A DNA stretch of 64,000 nucleotides from Candidatus Delongbacteria bacterium (lineage in GTDB: Bacteria > CAIWAD01), in contig OY760505.1 of NCBI GenBank assembly GCA_963663545.1, positions 2,688,001 to 2,752,000 of the forward strand, given 5' to 3'. Made by a program: the position numbers and the translations under genes. This document shows positions 20,294 through 30,600 of the stretch, piece after piece. The notes under the pieces are model-generated. The model ran no database searches and had not been told where the DNA came from. It was given only the letters and a program-made list of their open reading frames with translations. The stretch's first letter is position 1, and each line of letters begins with the position of its first letter.

Positions 20294-21415
20294 ATGAGAA
20301 TCCTGATCGTGAATTTGTATGGTGTGGCCCTGTATTGCGCTGATCATTCTCAAGTGCATGGAGGCGCTGAAGTTGATGCCTGGATGATCGGCAAAATGGC
20401 ACATGAAGCTGGCCACGAAGTTCATGTTTTAGTTGACCATTGTCAGTGCAAGACTCCTAGCGAAGTTGAGGATGGATTTCACTTACATTCTTTGGTGCGA
20501 GAGACTGCTGTTGACACTTCCATGCCCCTTCGACTTCTCGCTTTCTGGAAAGCACTGCATAGAATTCGACCTGATTGCTGCCTGATCAAGCTGATCTCAC
20601 CCTATTCAGCCACTCTTGCTGCCTACTGTCGCCTACACCATACCGGGATGATATATAGAGCCGGCAACCTGCGAGATCAGCGTTTGGCAGAAGGGGATCG
20701 CTCGTACGGTTGGAAGGAGGCCTTGTACTTCAGACTGACCCTGTCTGGACTCGGTGTATACTTAGCACAGACTGCGGAGCAGTGTGAGGCAATCCGCACT
20801 TATCATCCCTGCGTGAAGCATTGCTACAGGCAGGTTACTACTCACACCGCCAAGGAAGGGCAGCCTTTGAGCTTCGTGGATCGGAAGCACGTTTTATGGG
20901 TGGGGCATTTGAGTCAAGTGAAGCGACCGGACCGTTTGCTGGAGCTTGCCCGGCTACTCCCCGATCGGGACTTTGTAATGATTGCTTCTACTCGCCAAGG
21001 CAGTGAAGTACAGGGCATACGAGCGCAGATCGAGACGCAATCCAATGTGCGTTTGATTGAGAATGTACCCTTGCGCGATATCCAGACTTGGTTTGATAGA
21101 GCCATCCTTTTCGTGAATACAAGCGATAGTGAAGGCTTCCCCAATACCTTTATACAGGCGTCAATGGCGGGCACACCATTGGCAAGCCTTCGGGTGGATC
21201 CAGAGGGTGTTGTCTCGCGAAGCGGAGGTGGATTGTTGGAACCCGATGCGAGAACTCTTGCACAACAGATCGAGGAGTTGCATAAAAGTCCGGATAGGTG
21301 GTGCAGCATGAGTACGGCAGTTCAGGTTGCCATGCAGTCCTATTATGATTGGCCAGCTGCCTGTCAGGCATATGAGAAGTATTTCCGTATTGCAAGTGGA
21401 GATTTACATGTGTGA
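20294..21415 (+). CDS. Glycosyltransferase family 4
   Basis: HGGAE, LWVG...VKRP, SEGFPNTFIQA...GTP. Confidence 0.87.
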   Translation: MRILIVNLYGVALYCADHSQVHGGAEVDAWMIGKMAHEAGHEVHVLVDHCQCKTPSEVEDGFHLHSLVRETAVDTSMPLRLLAFWKALHRIRPDCCLIKLISPYSATLAAYCRLHHTGMIYRAGNLRDQRLAEGDRSYGWKEALYFRLTLSGLGVYLAQTAEQCEAIRTYHPCVKHCYRQVTTHTAKEGQPLSFVDRKHVLWVGHLSQVKRPDRLLELARLLPDRDFVMIASTRQGSEVQGIRAQIETQSNVRLIENVPLRDIQTWFDRAILFVNTSDSEGFPNTFIQASMAGTPLASLRVDPEGVVSRSGGGLLEPDARTLAQQIEELHKSPDRWCSMSTAVQVAMQSYYDWPAACQAYEKYFRIASGDLHV

Positions 21416-21547
21416 CCTATCGATTCTTCTCTTCAGATCGATATGGGCTTTTGCTGAAAGTACCCGAGGTCAATCAAAGTGCAAGCACGAGTCTGAGCCG
21501 ATGTCTTCGTGGGCGCAGACTAAGGCTCGAAATGTGGAACGGTCGCG

Positions 21548-23065
21548 ATGACAGCTGCGCAATCATTGGCTCCGCGCGAGATCTTTTACGATAGTGAAGG
21601 ACGGAGTTCCTTTACATTCATGGAGCTTGCTTCTACACTTTCTAGCCCCTCATTGGACGCAGCTGCCATACTAGGTGTACTATCGCAGACGGCGCCTACC
21701 GGCACAAGGACATTGCTGCAGGAGGTTCACCGTCAGCAATGGTTGCATGATGTCGAAAGTGGCACGCGCTTCTCTCTTCCTGCACATTCTCGAAACTGGA
21801 CGACGCCGCAATCCATGGCTGCTTCCATGTTGAAACTGCTACGCCGCGAAGCTTTAGCGGCGGTTGCCGGAGCGAGTGAAATCTATGTGCTGACTTCTGG
21901 TGGTCTTGATAGCCGTGTCGTTGTTGCTGTACTGGCGAGCCTCTACAGGGAAGGGCAGCTTCCTGTCAAGCCGCGTTGCGTTACGTGGGGTAGTAGCGAT
22001 TCCCGCGATGTGATTTACGCGCAAGAAGTCGCTAGAGTAGCCGGGTTTGACTGGGAACACATTCCGCTGCACGAACAAACGATACTAGACAATCTTACTC
22101 ACTCCGTTGAATACTTGGGTTTGCTTTCACCACCAAATCATCTTCACGGAATGCTCTGGTTTGAGCGCTTACCCAGGGATGCCGTTGTCCTTGCCGGCAG
22201 TTATGGAGATTCCATCGGTCGCGGGGAGTACAGTGGCCGCCATCTGCTGGAGCTGGAATCGATGACGGCCAACAATGTGCTTCACTTGCTATCCGCGGAT
22301 GGCTTGGCTACCGGTAGAGCAGGGATCCGATCGGATTTGGAGGCGCTACGTCAGCTGGCGGGCGATCGGCCTGCTTATGCCCATTTCGAGATCCAGCAAC
22401 AGGGCTTCTACATGCGTAATATGATCGCCCATTGCATGGGCGTGATATCGCGCTACTGCCGGCTGTACCAGATGTTCACTTCTCCGGAAATCTGGGAGTA
22501 TGTTTGGTCACTGCATCCAGCAGTTCGTGACGATCGCATGTATCGGCATCTGTTGGTCACATTGAACCCGGAGATTGCCTCAATTCCTTGGGCTCGAACA
22601 AACAAGTCGCTGGTACGTAGCCAAGCGTCAGGCAACAAGGACGCACGCCGCATTTTCCATAACTTCTATCCGCGAATTGCGCAGTATTTGCGCGAAGGAT
22701 ACCTGGATTTTTTGGATCCCGGGTGGTTCCAGCAGACCGGCATCTTCAATGGTCAAGTCGTGAGAGCCCTGGGAGAGGCCGTAGCTCGCGAGGACGCTGC
22801 TTTGATGTCCACTCGAATGAGAACCTATGGTATTGCATGGTGGTTGGTTGGCCTGAGAGTTCTTTGCGATCGTGTTCAACCCCTTAGTGTTGATGAGAAT
22901 GGGGCTGGAGGAGTTGGCTCTCAGGAGGCGACACCTAAAGACTCGGGTGGATTACGCGACTGGCTTGGCCAGCATCCGGCGCTTCATCGTTGCGTCAAGC
23001 GCGGGAGGAAAAAATTGTTAACCGCACTCTCCCTTGTGCAATACCCGCCCACTTTTATACACTAG
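21548..23065 (+). CDS. Asparagine synthetase C-terminal-domain-like amide ligase
   Basis: LTSGGLDSR PP-loop, TWGSSDSRDV.YA, GSYGD; no N-terminal Cys glutaminase nucleophile. Confidence 0.75.
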   Translation: MTAAQSLAPREIFYDSEGRSSFTFMELASTLSSPSLDAAAILGVLSQTAPTGTRTLLQEVHRQQWLHDVESGTRFSLPAHSRNWTTPQSMAASMLKLLRREALAAVAGASEIYVLTSGGLDSRVVVAVLASLYREGQLPVKPRCVTWGSSDSRDVIYAQEVARVAGFDWEHIPLHEQTILDNLTHSVEYLGLLSPPNHLHGMLWFERLPRDAVVLAGSYGDSIGRGEYSGRHLLELESMTANNVLHLLSADGLATGRAGIRSDLEALRQLAGDRPAYAHFEIQQQGFYMRNMIAHCMGVISRYCRLYQMFTSPEIWEYVWSLHPAVRDDRMYRHLLVTLNPEIASIPWARTNKSLVRSQASGNKDARRIFHNFYPRIAQYLREGYLDFLDPGWFQQTGIFNGQVVRALGEAVAREDAALMSTRMRTYGIAWWLVGLRVLCDRVQPLSVDENGAGGVGSQEATPKDSGGLRDWLGQHPALHRCVKRGRKKLLTALSLVQYPPTFIH

Positions 23066-23075
23066 GTCAAGCATC

Positions 23076-24776
23076 ATGGCAAAGATCCTGTTTGTTCATT
23101 CAAGGCGAAGCGAGCTAATTCCGGAACTGCGCCAGCGCTTGGCCGGAGTCCGGGACCTTTTGAATGAAGGCTTCGACTTGGATCCATGCGAGCACCTTGC
23201 GGAAGGGGCTGACTCGTTTTTGTACACCTTCCGCAATAGTGTCGCAGTCCAGCGCGAGGGTACAAGCTGTCTGCTGGGCGTGGTTCGACGAGGCGCAAGG
23301 TGGTCCAAACCCGGTACTACGCTTCCTGATGGATCATACGGAATCGTCCGTGAAGATTCACAAACCGTGGAGCTATGCACAGATACTACGGCTTCACGCA
23401 CGATCTGGTATTACGAAGGCTGCGATATCTTTGTCGCCTCTAGCTCCCAGCTAGCAATTTTGCAGATCATTGGCGGATTCCGGTTCCGTGGACAGATTCG
23501 CACCTGGTTTCTTGCTACAGGTGCGCAGGGTCCGGATGAAGGTTGGGATGAGCGGATTCACAAGCTGCCACCAAGATCGGTTTTGCGCTTTGATAAGGAA
23601 GAGTGGCGCAGTTCATTGCAGTGCCAGTCGATCCACTTCTCGCCTGAGCTCGGTTCGACAGCGGGGATCCAGCACTATCGAAGTTTCCTGGATAGCTCTG
23701 TTGCTGAACTCGATATTCCAATGGATTCATGGGTTCTGCCCTTGTCGGGTGGCTTTGATTCCAGAACCCTGTTGATGCTGTTAAGCTCCAGAAGCAAAGT
23801 GCGCACGATCACATGGGGCACCTCTTCCTCGCTGGAGAATGCCTACAGCGATGCCAGTATTGCCAAACGTGTGGCGCAGCACTTTCAGGTGCCAAACGAA
23901 TTCTTGCTGACAGAATCGGCCACTTTGACTGCAGAGCAGATTGTGGATCGCTTTCTGATTTGTAGCGAAGGCCGCGTTAGCAATGTCTCCATGTACATGG
24001 ATGGCATGCAGTTATGGCAAAACCTGTTTCAGCATGAGTGCTTTGGCATTGTCCGGGGCGACAACTGCGTCGGTTGGCCGCACGTCGGTTCGGGCATAGA
24101 GCTTCGCCTGTGGCTTGATCTTTCATTGTGGGAAGATTATGCAGGCCTACCTGATCTCAGTACGGTCGAATTGCCCTCTCAGCACATGCCCGATGCGCTG
24201 CATAGGCAGCCATCGGAAGGGCTTCAAGCCTGGCGTGATCGTCTTCATCAGGGCTATCGTTTACCTGTGGTGAAAGCTGGCCTGAGCGATGTGAAGCTAA
24301 GCTTCGTTGAGGTCTGCAATCCTTTGCTGGCAAATGAGCTTGTGGAGTCAACTTGGGTTCTATCGGACAAGCTACGAACGGGCAAAATGCTGCTTGACCG
24401 AATTCTTCAGAAGGAAGGCCCGAAGATTCCCTATGCCCGCGATGCTGCCATTGCTTCTTTTGCACAATTGTTACGACAGCCTGAATTGGCCGGGTACCTT
24501 GTGCAGATGCTTGATTCAAGTGCTGTGAGAGATGTCTTTAGCCCCGCCCTGATCCAGGTTGCGCGCAAATCCTTTGACAGAGCTGAGTCTGGTGAAAGTG
24601 CCGCTGACGGGGTTAAAGGGCAAATTGCCAAGCTGCTTCCGCGACGAATCAAGGGTGCACTACGGAAGTCCATCAAACCCGTACTCGATGGGCGATTGCT
24701 TGCGTTAAGAATGGTGCTTTTCAGCCGAATTCATGAGAAAATTGTGCAGAAGGCTACATTGCCATTGGAGGACTAG
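23076..24776 (+). CDS. Asparagine synthetase-like protein
   Basis: LSGGFDSR PP-loop, ITWG...DASIA; degenerate Ntn-like N-terminus (DGSYG, TD..ASR.IWY) without Cys1. Start at MAKILF. Confidence 0.75.
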   Translation: MAKILFVHSRRSELIPELRQRLAGVRDLLNEGFDLDPCEHLAEGADSFLYTFRNSVAVQREGTSCLLGVVRRGARWSKPGTTLPDGSYGIVREDSQTVELCTDTTASRTIWYYEGCDIFVASSSQLAILQIIGGFRFRGQIRTWFLATGAQGPDEGWDERIHKLPPRSVLRFDKEEWRSSLQCQSIHFSPELGSTAGIQHYRSFLDSSVAELDIPMDSWVLPLSGGFDSRTLLMLLSSRSKVRTITWGTSSSLENAYSDASIAKRVAQHFQVPNEFLLTESATLTAEQIVDRFLICSEGRVSNVSMYMDGMQLWQNLFQHECFGIVRGDNCVGWPHVGSGIELRLWLDLSLWEDYAGLPDLSTVELPSQHMPDALHRQPSEGLQAWRDRLHQGYRLPVVKAGLSDVKLSFVEVCNPLLANELVESTWVLSDKLRTGKMLLDRILQKEGPKIPYARDAAIASFAQLLRQPELAGYLVQMLDSSAVRDVFSPALIQVARKSFDRAESGESAADGVKGQIAKLLPRRIKGALRKSIKPVLDGRLLALRMVLFSRIHEKIVQKATLPLED

Positions 24777-24786
24777 AGACTAGCTC

Positions 24787-25299
24787 TTACTCGCGATACT
24801 TCAGCACTTTAGCCGGTACTCCACCCACGATCGCATTCTCGGGGACATCCTTCGCTACTACTGCACCAGCTGCAATGACAGCACCGCGGTTAATGGTAAC
24901 CCCAGCCAGGATGGTCACACGGGCTCCAATCCAGACATCATCACAGATTGTGACCGGAGCAGGCGTTAGGCCCTGCCCTTGGATCAGTTTACCAGCCGCA
25001 ATGTTATGGTTGGATGTATAAACAATGAGTTGTGGTCCAATTAGAACGTGGTTGCCAATATTGATATCATCATCTTGGGATAGAAAACTGTCTGCGCCGA
25101 TACCTGAATAGTTGCCAATTGAGATTCGGTCACCCTTGCCAAAGCTAATGCGTGGCCTGATGTCGACTCGATTTCCGGTTTTGCGAAAGAGCTTGGCACA
25201 GACAAAAGCGCGAAACCTCGAGGTCGGGAAAGTTGGCGATGAGGTCGCCGGCAGATTACGGGCCAGCCCGTAGTAGATCAGCAGCCAGAAAATGCGCAT
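24787..25299 (-). CDS. Hexapeptide-repeat (LbH) O-acetyltransferase
   Basis: [42 protein letters not shown]. Confidence 0.9.
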   Translation of the reverse strand: MRIFWLLIYYGLARNLPATSSPTFPTSRFRAFVCAKLFRKTGNRVDIRPRISFGKGDRISIGNYSGIGADSFLSQDDDINIGNHVLIGPQLIVYTSNHNIAAGKLIQGQGLTPAPVTICDDVWIGARVTILAGVTINRGAVIAAGAVVAKDVPENAIVGGVPAKVLKYRE

Positions 25300-26378
25300 T
25301 GGTAGAGCTCCTTGTATTCGCGTCCCAAGCGATTGATGTCGATTAGTTCCCGTATTCGACGGCGCCCCTCCTCTGGAAGTGGCGCAAATTCCCGAAGCAT
25401 GGCCTCACGCAGCTTTTCTGGGCTGTGGGAAGGAACAACAAGTCCGTCCTTGCCGTCTCGAACGATTTCTGCGCTCCCGCCCACATCGGTCACAATGGCT
25501 GGCAGATTGGCGATCAGAGCTTCGGCAATGCTATTTGAAAACCCTTCGCTCAAAGAGGCGCTGATGTATAAGTCACTTGCGTGCAGTAAATCTGGGACGT
25601 CCTTGCGCATGCCAGCAAAGACGACGCGGTTTTCAATGCCCGCTGCTTGAACCTGTGCAGTGAAATCCTGGCGTAGTTTGCCATCGCCAACAAGCAGAAG
25701 GTAATCGTTTCCGCGAATCGCGGCCACTTCGGAGAAAGCAGCAATCAGCTCCCGATGACCTTTTACCGGAAAATGCATGTTTCCAACGCTGATAATGACT
25801 CTGGCCGATTCGGGAAGGCCTAACTCTGCACGGACATCAAGTCGGCTGCGATTCGGCAGGAATCGTTCCGGATGAAGCCCGTTGTAAATGGTGTGAGCTT
25901 TCGCTGCGGGAAGTCTAATGGCTTGGGCATACTGCTGCATGGTTTTCTTGGAGTTCGCGATGTATCCGCTTACACTTCGATGAAGCATCCTATGCAGTAT
26001 ACTCTCACTACCTTCTGGCAATTGTGCGTTGCGTATTCCGCAAAACAACTTGGACGGTAATCCCAGGTTGGCCAGCAGACAATAGTTGTTTGCAGCTAGA
26101 AAGGCTTGAATCACATCGGGTTGGGCTCTGCGTATTTCCCGCCTGATTTTCGGGACTACCTTGAGTCCGGTAATCACTTCATCGTAGCAGCAGCGCAGGG
26201 GAATACCCATCTGACGAATCGAATCGTAATGCCCCAATAAATTCATGCTTCTTTCAGAGTAAAGACAAAGCACTTCCTGCTCGATACTTGGATCCTTCCG
26301 CAGAACGCGCACCAGTTCCGTCAATTGATACTCGGCACCACCCTGAAAGAGATTTGGTATTACGTGTAAAATTTTCAT
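25278..26378 (-). CDS. Glycosyltransferase family 4
   Basis: [27 protein letters not shown]. Confidence 0.9.
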   Translation of the reverse strand: MKILHVIPNLFQGGAEYQLTELVRVLRKDPSIEQEVLCLYSERSMNLLGHYDSIRQMGIPLRCCYDEVITGLKVVPKIRREIRRAQPDVIQAFLAANNYCLLANLGLPSKLFCGIRNAQLPEGSESILHRMLHRSVSGYIANSKKTMQQYAQAIRLPAAKAHTIYNGLHPERFLPNRSRLDVRAELGLPESARVIISVGNMHFPVKGHRELIAAFSEVAAIRGNDYLLLVGDGKLRQDFTAQVQAAGIENRVVFAGMRKDVPDLLHASDLYISASLSEGFSNSIAEALIANLPAIVTDVGGSAEIVRDGKDGLVVPSHSPEKLREAMLREFAPLPEEGRRRIRELIDINRLGREYKELYQCAFSGC

Positions 26379-26382
26379 AGTG

Positions 26383-27420
26383 TTACCTGGTTAATCCGCT
26401 CGCCGCGCGGCCTGATTCCTGCGCCGATTTACGTCTGAGCAAAAAGTGCCAGACGCCGGCCCAGTACCCTACGCCGTAGGCAAGATGATAGCAACAGATG
26501 ATTCCAGGCATGTAGCGCAAGACCTTGCCGCCAGCTTTTCCTGCTGCAGAAATCGATGCGTAAACCACCAGCAGCATGTAGAGCAAGGCAATAGCACTCC
26601 ACGCAATCAGCGGCAAGTGTACTCCGAATACTGCGCAAATCATGGCAGGAAGAAGCGACAGTACAAAGAGCACGAAAAGCCCGGGCACGAGGTGACGTAG
26701 TTTGGCCGGCTGATTGTGTTTCATCATTACCGGGACTTTCCAGAAGCCGTACTGGAAATACTGGCGCCATAGGCTTCGATAATCACTCCGGGGGTAATAC
26801 CAGAATTTTATGTTCGGATTTTGCCAGACCTTCCCGCCTGATTTCAGTATGCGCAAATTCAGCTCGTCATCTTCGTTGCGGATGAAATCCTCGTCATACC
26901 CACCCAACTCGATCAGCTTCTCGCGCTCCCAGCAGCCGAGGTAGAGGTTGTCAACGTAGCCCTCGACATCCAGCAAATGACACGCCGCGCCACCGATGGT
27001 GAAGGGGTGATGAAAAGCCGCCGAATTGGCTTGCTGAAAAGCTGTGCGCCATTTTGTTCTCGTTGGTCCGCCCACATTGGTGGCGCCGGTTCGTGCCAGA
27101 GTTTCCATTGCAATTCGAACATAATCAGGATCGTATTCGGTGTGTACATCCATGCGCACCAACACCTCACCGTGGGCAGCATGCATGCCAATGTTCATGG
27201 CTGCGGCTTGAATTCGTGCGGGGTTGTCCAGCAACTTGACCCTTGGATCCTGCTGCGTGTAGGAGAGAATGAGATCGCGAGTACCATCTGAACTCATTCC
27301 ATCGAGAACCAGGATTTCGCTCTCTGCGTCCAGCGCTGTCTGCTTCGAGATCGTCTCAAGGCAGGGGAGAATGTAGTCGCGTTCGTTGAGACACGGTATC
27401 ACAATGGAGACGGTTGGCAT
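26383..27420 (-). CDS. Glycosyltransferase family 2 (succinoglycan ExoA-like)
   Basis: VSIVIPCLNE, DGMSSDGT, RMDVH, RNEDDELN.R, QYFQYG.WK; C-terminal TMs. Confidence 0.9.
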   Translation of the reverse strand: MPTVSIVIPCLNERDYILPCLETISKQTALDAESEILVLDGMSSDGTRDLILSYTQQDPRVKLLDNPARIQAAAMNIGMHAAHGEVLVRMDVHTEYDPDYVRIAMETLARTGATNVGGPTRTKWRTAFQQANSAAFHHPFTIGGAACHLLDVEGYVDNLYLGCWEREKLIELGGYDEDFIRNEDDELNLRILKSGGKVWQNPNIKFWYYPRSDYRSLWRQYFQYGFWKVPVMMKHNQPAKLRHLVPGLFVLFVLSLLPAMICAVFGVHLPLIAWSAIALLYMLLVVYASISAAGKAGGKVLRYMPGIICCYHLAYGVGYWAGVWHFLLRRKSAQESGRAASGLTR

Positions 27421-27605
27421 GCCGCATTCCTTTTGGTCTGGTTAGCGCGCGAGGCTCAGGGGCACAATGCTCTGTTTCCCGTGCCGATCTTCAATCCTGA
27501 AAATAATGTCGGAATATTCGCTTTGCATCTGGAATAGTTTGTGAAGAAATGCGATAAAGTGCCCCTAATGGTTTTCTAACAACTCAACCGGAGGGGTTCT
27601 CAACA

Positions 27606-30600
27606 ATGCGTACTCTTTACACAGTTGTTTTACTGGCAACCCTGACGCCTATGCTCGCAGTTGCCCAGACGCCCGTTGTGAACGAGATCCTCGCCGACAA
27701 TGAGACGATTCTTGCTGACGACGCTGGTGAGTATGACGATTGGATTGAAATCTACAACCCTGGTTCTTCAGAGCTTCAGCTCGCTGGCATGTACTTCAGC
27801 GATGATTTCACAGATCCACAGAAATTCCATCTACTGCCTTCGGATAGCAGTCAGACCTTGGTTGCACCCCATGGCTTTCTTGTGTTGTGGTGCGACGGTG
27901 ATCCAGAGCAAGGTCCGCGTCATCTCGATTTCTCTCTTGGGGCTTCAGGCGAGGAGATTCTGATCACGGCTGCCGATGGAAGTACTTTGTTGGAGCACAT
28001 CGAGTTTGGCCAACAGCAGGAGGACATCAGCATTGGCCGAGTGCCGGATGGTAGTTCTTCTATTGTGTCCTTGACCGAGCCCAGTCCTGGAGCCAGCAAT
28101 GGCGGCGGAGTTCTTGGGATTCAAATCAACGAGTTCTTGTGCTCCAACGATTCCCTGCTGATGACGTCCGATGGCGAAGATTATGATTGGATCGAGCTTT
28201 ACAATCCGCTGAGTACCTCGCTAGACGGCAGCGAATTCTACCTGAGCGATGATCCCGCACAGCCACTCATGTGGCAGATGCCTGCGGTTAGTATTCCCGC
28301 CGGGCAATTCTTCCTCGTTTGGGCTTCCGGGTTGAATTCTCGCGATCCGGAAGAAGCACATACGAATTTCAAGCTTTCCTCTGACTCAGGTTTCATTGGC
28401 ATTTACAATGCGCTTGGTGAAATGCAGGATTGCGTCAGTTATGACGAACAACGCTGCAATATCAGTTATGGAAGGCCTTCGGGAACGCCACAGGAGTGGG
28501 CTTATTTCGATGTGGTCACGCCCTTGCTCGAGAATCCGACACAAGGGTATGCGGGCTTCACGCCCAACCCGGGAATTGCGCTGCCCTCTGGTTTTTACAG
28601 CGGTAGTGTTCAGGTCGCATTGCAGTCAAACGGTGGCTCCGTTTATTGGACAACGGATGGATCGGTACCGGACGCGCAGGATGACGCTTACGCATCACCG
28701 CTTACACTGAATGAATCGACAGTTGTTCGGGCTCGTGCTTTCCAAAGCGGTCTGCTTCCCAGTCGCACGGTAACGTGTAGTTATCTACTTGGTTTTGAAA
28801 CAGATTTGCCAGTGGTTTCGCTGTCCATGGACCCCGTAGACCTCTGGAGTGATAGTACTGGTATTTACGTCTTAGGGCCGAATGCAGAAGACACTGTTCC
28901 GTACTTCGGTGCAAACTTCTGGCAGGATTGGGAGAAAGCCGGGCACTTCGAGTACTTCGTGAATGAAAACCGCGTAGCCGATGTTGACCTGGGTGTAAAA
29001 ATCGCTGGCAACTGGTCGCGCTACATGCCCCAGAAATCCATGAACCTTCATTGCCGGTCGCGTTATGGGGGTGAGGACATTGAGTACCCGATTTTCCCCG
29101 ATAGTCAGGTAAATGTGTTTTCTCACATCAAGTTGCGGTCTTCCAGTCAGGATTATAATCGCTCGAAGATTCTGGATGCTTACGCTCAAGGCTTGGCCAA
29201 GGAGCTGGATCTCGAAGACCAATCCTACCAGCCCTGCGTAATGTTTCTGAATGGCCAGTACTGGGGAATCATGAATATCCGCGACAAGGTCGGCGGTGAT
29301 TACCTGGCCTACCGGCAAGGTGTGGATCCGGATCGCGTAGACATTCTGGATAACACTGGAACTCTGATCAATATTGTGGAAGGCAATAATGCCGCATTTC
29401 AGCACCTGCTAAACTACTTAGAAAACCATAGTTTAGTAGATCTATCCGCTTATCAGTACGTCGAAAGTTGCGTGGATATAGACGAGTATATTGATTACCT
29501 GATTGTCGAGATTTTCTCTGCGAACTGGGATTGGCCTGGTAACAACCATCGTTTCTGGCGGAGTCAGGATGGAGGTCGCTGGCGCTGGATCCTGTTTGAC
29601 GTTGATGCCGGATTCTTTCCTTCTATGCTGGAAGAAAACATGTTGAATCACCTCATGGGTGAAGACGAAGGACCGTACAACCCACCGGCTACAACGCTTT
29701 TGTTCCGTCGACTGGTTGAGAATCAGGAGTTTTGCTCGAAGTTTATTCACAGGTGCTCAGATATTCTTGAAACGTGTTATGAACCAGGTTACGCGGACTC
29801 TCTGCTGGACGCCTACGCCGACCGGATTGAAAGTGAAATTCCACGACACCTGGAGCGCTGGGATAGCAGTGGCCGAGATTGGGCTGGGTACGTTGAGAGT
29901 TTGCGGACGTTTACACATCAGCGTGTACCTATCTTACAACAGCAGTTTGTGGAGTTCTTTGAGCTCGAAGGCCTGAGCTCGCTTACACTCAGTTGCGAAC
30001 CTGCGACCGGTGGCTGGTTCGAAATCAATCAGATGACTCCCGTTGATGGTTCGTGGTCCGGTACGCTCTTCGCTGGTATTACAAATCGGATTAAAGCCGT
30101 GCCACATACGGGATTCAGGTTTGTTGCTTGGAGTGATGGAGAAGTCCATGAGGAAAGGGTTCTCGATCTAGATCCAGGAGTAACGGATCTGGTAGCCATT
30201 TTCGAGTCGCTGCAGACTCCACATTTCATGTCAGAGGGTGTCTACTTCGGAAATGGTTTGGCTGGAGATAGTCTTGTTGCCCTTGTGACGGTGAGTCTGG
30301 AGGGTACTACCAGTGACACGCTCGCTCTCGTGACACCAAGCTGGATTCATGCCCAGCCGGACCACTTCACCTTGTTGGAGGGTGGAGAGCAGGAAGTAAC
30401 ACTGACAGCGGCGATCACCAGTGCAGAGGCTCAATTGGATGATCTGCTGCTTAGCACCTCCTCGGGTGGGAGCGCAAGTTGCTGGGTCGCGGCAAATGTG
30501 CTACCAATTGTTACCGAATTTAAATTCCAGGATACGGCTCAAGAGGTAGCTGGTGACTGGGTTGAACTCTACAATCCGTATGCAACCTCAATACACTTAG

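Noticed and set aside
21412..21594. 60-aa ORF overlapping the GT4 stop and the start of the first AsnB-like gene (possible frameshifted N-terminus)
   Set aside because: No Ntn or other motif and no slippery site seen; cannot be supported.
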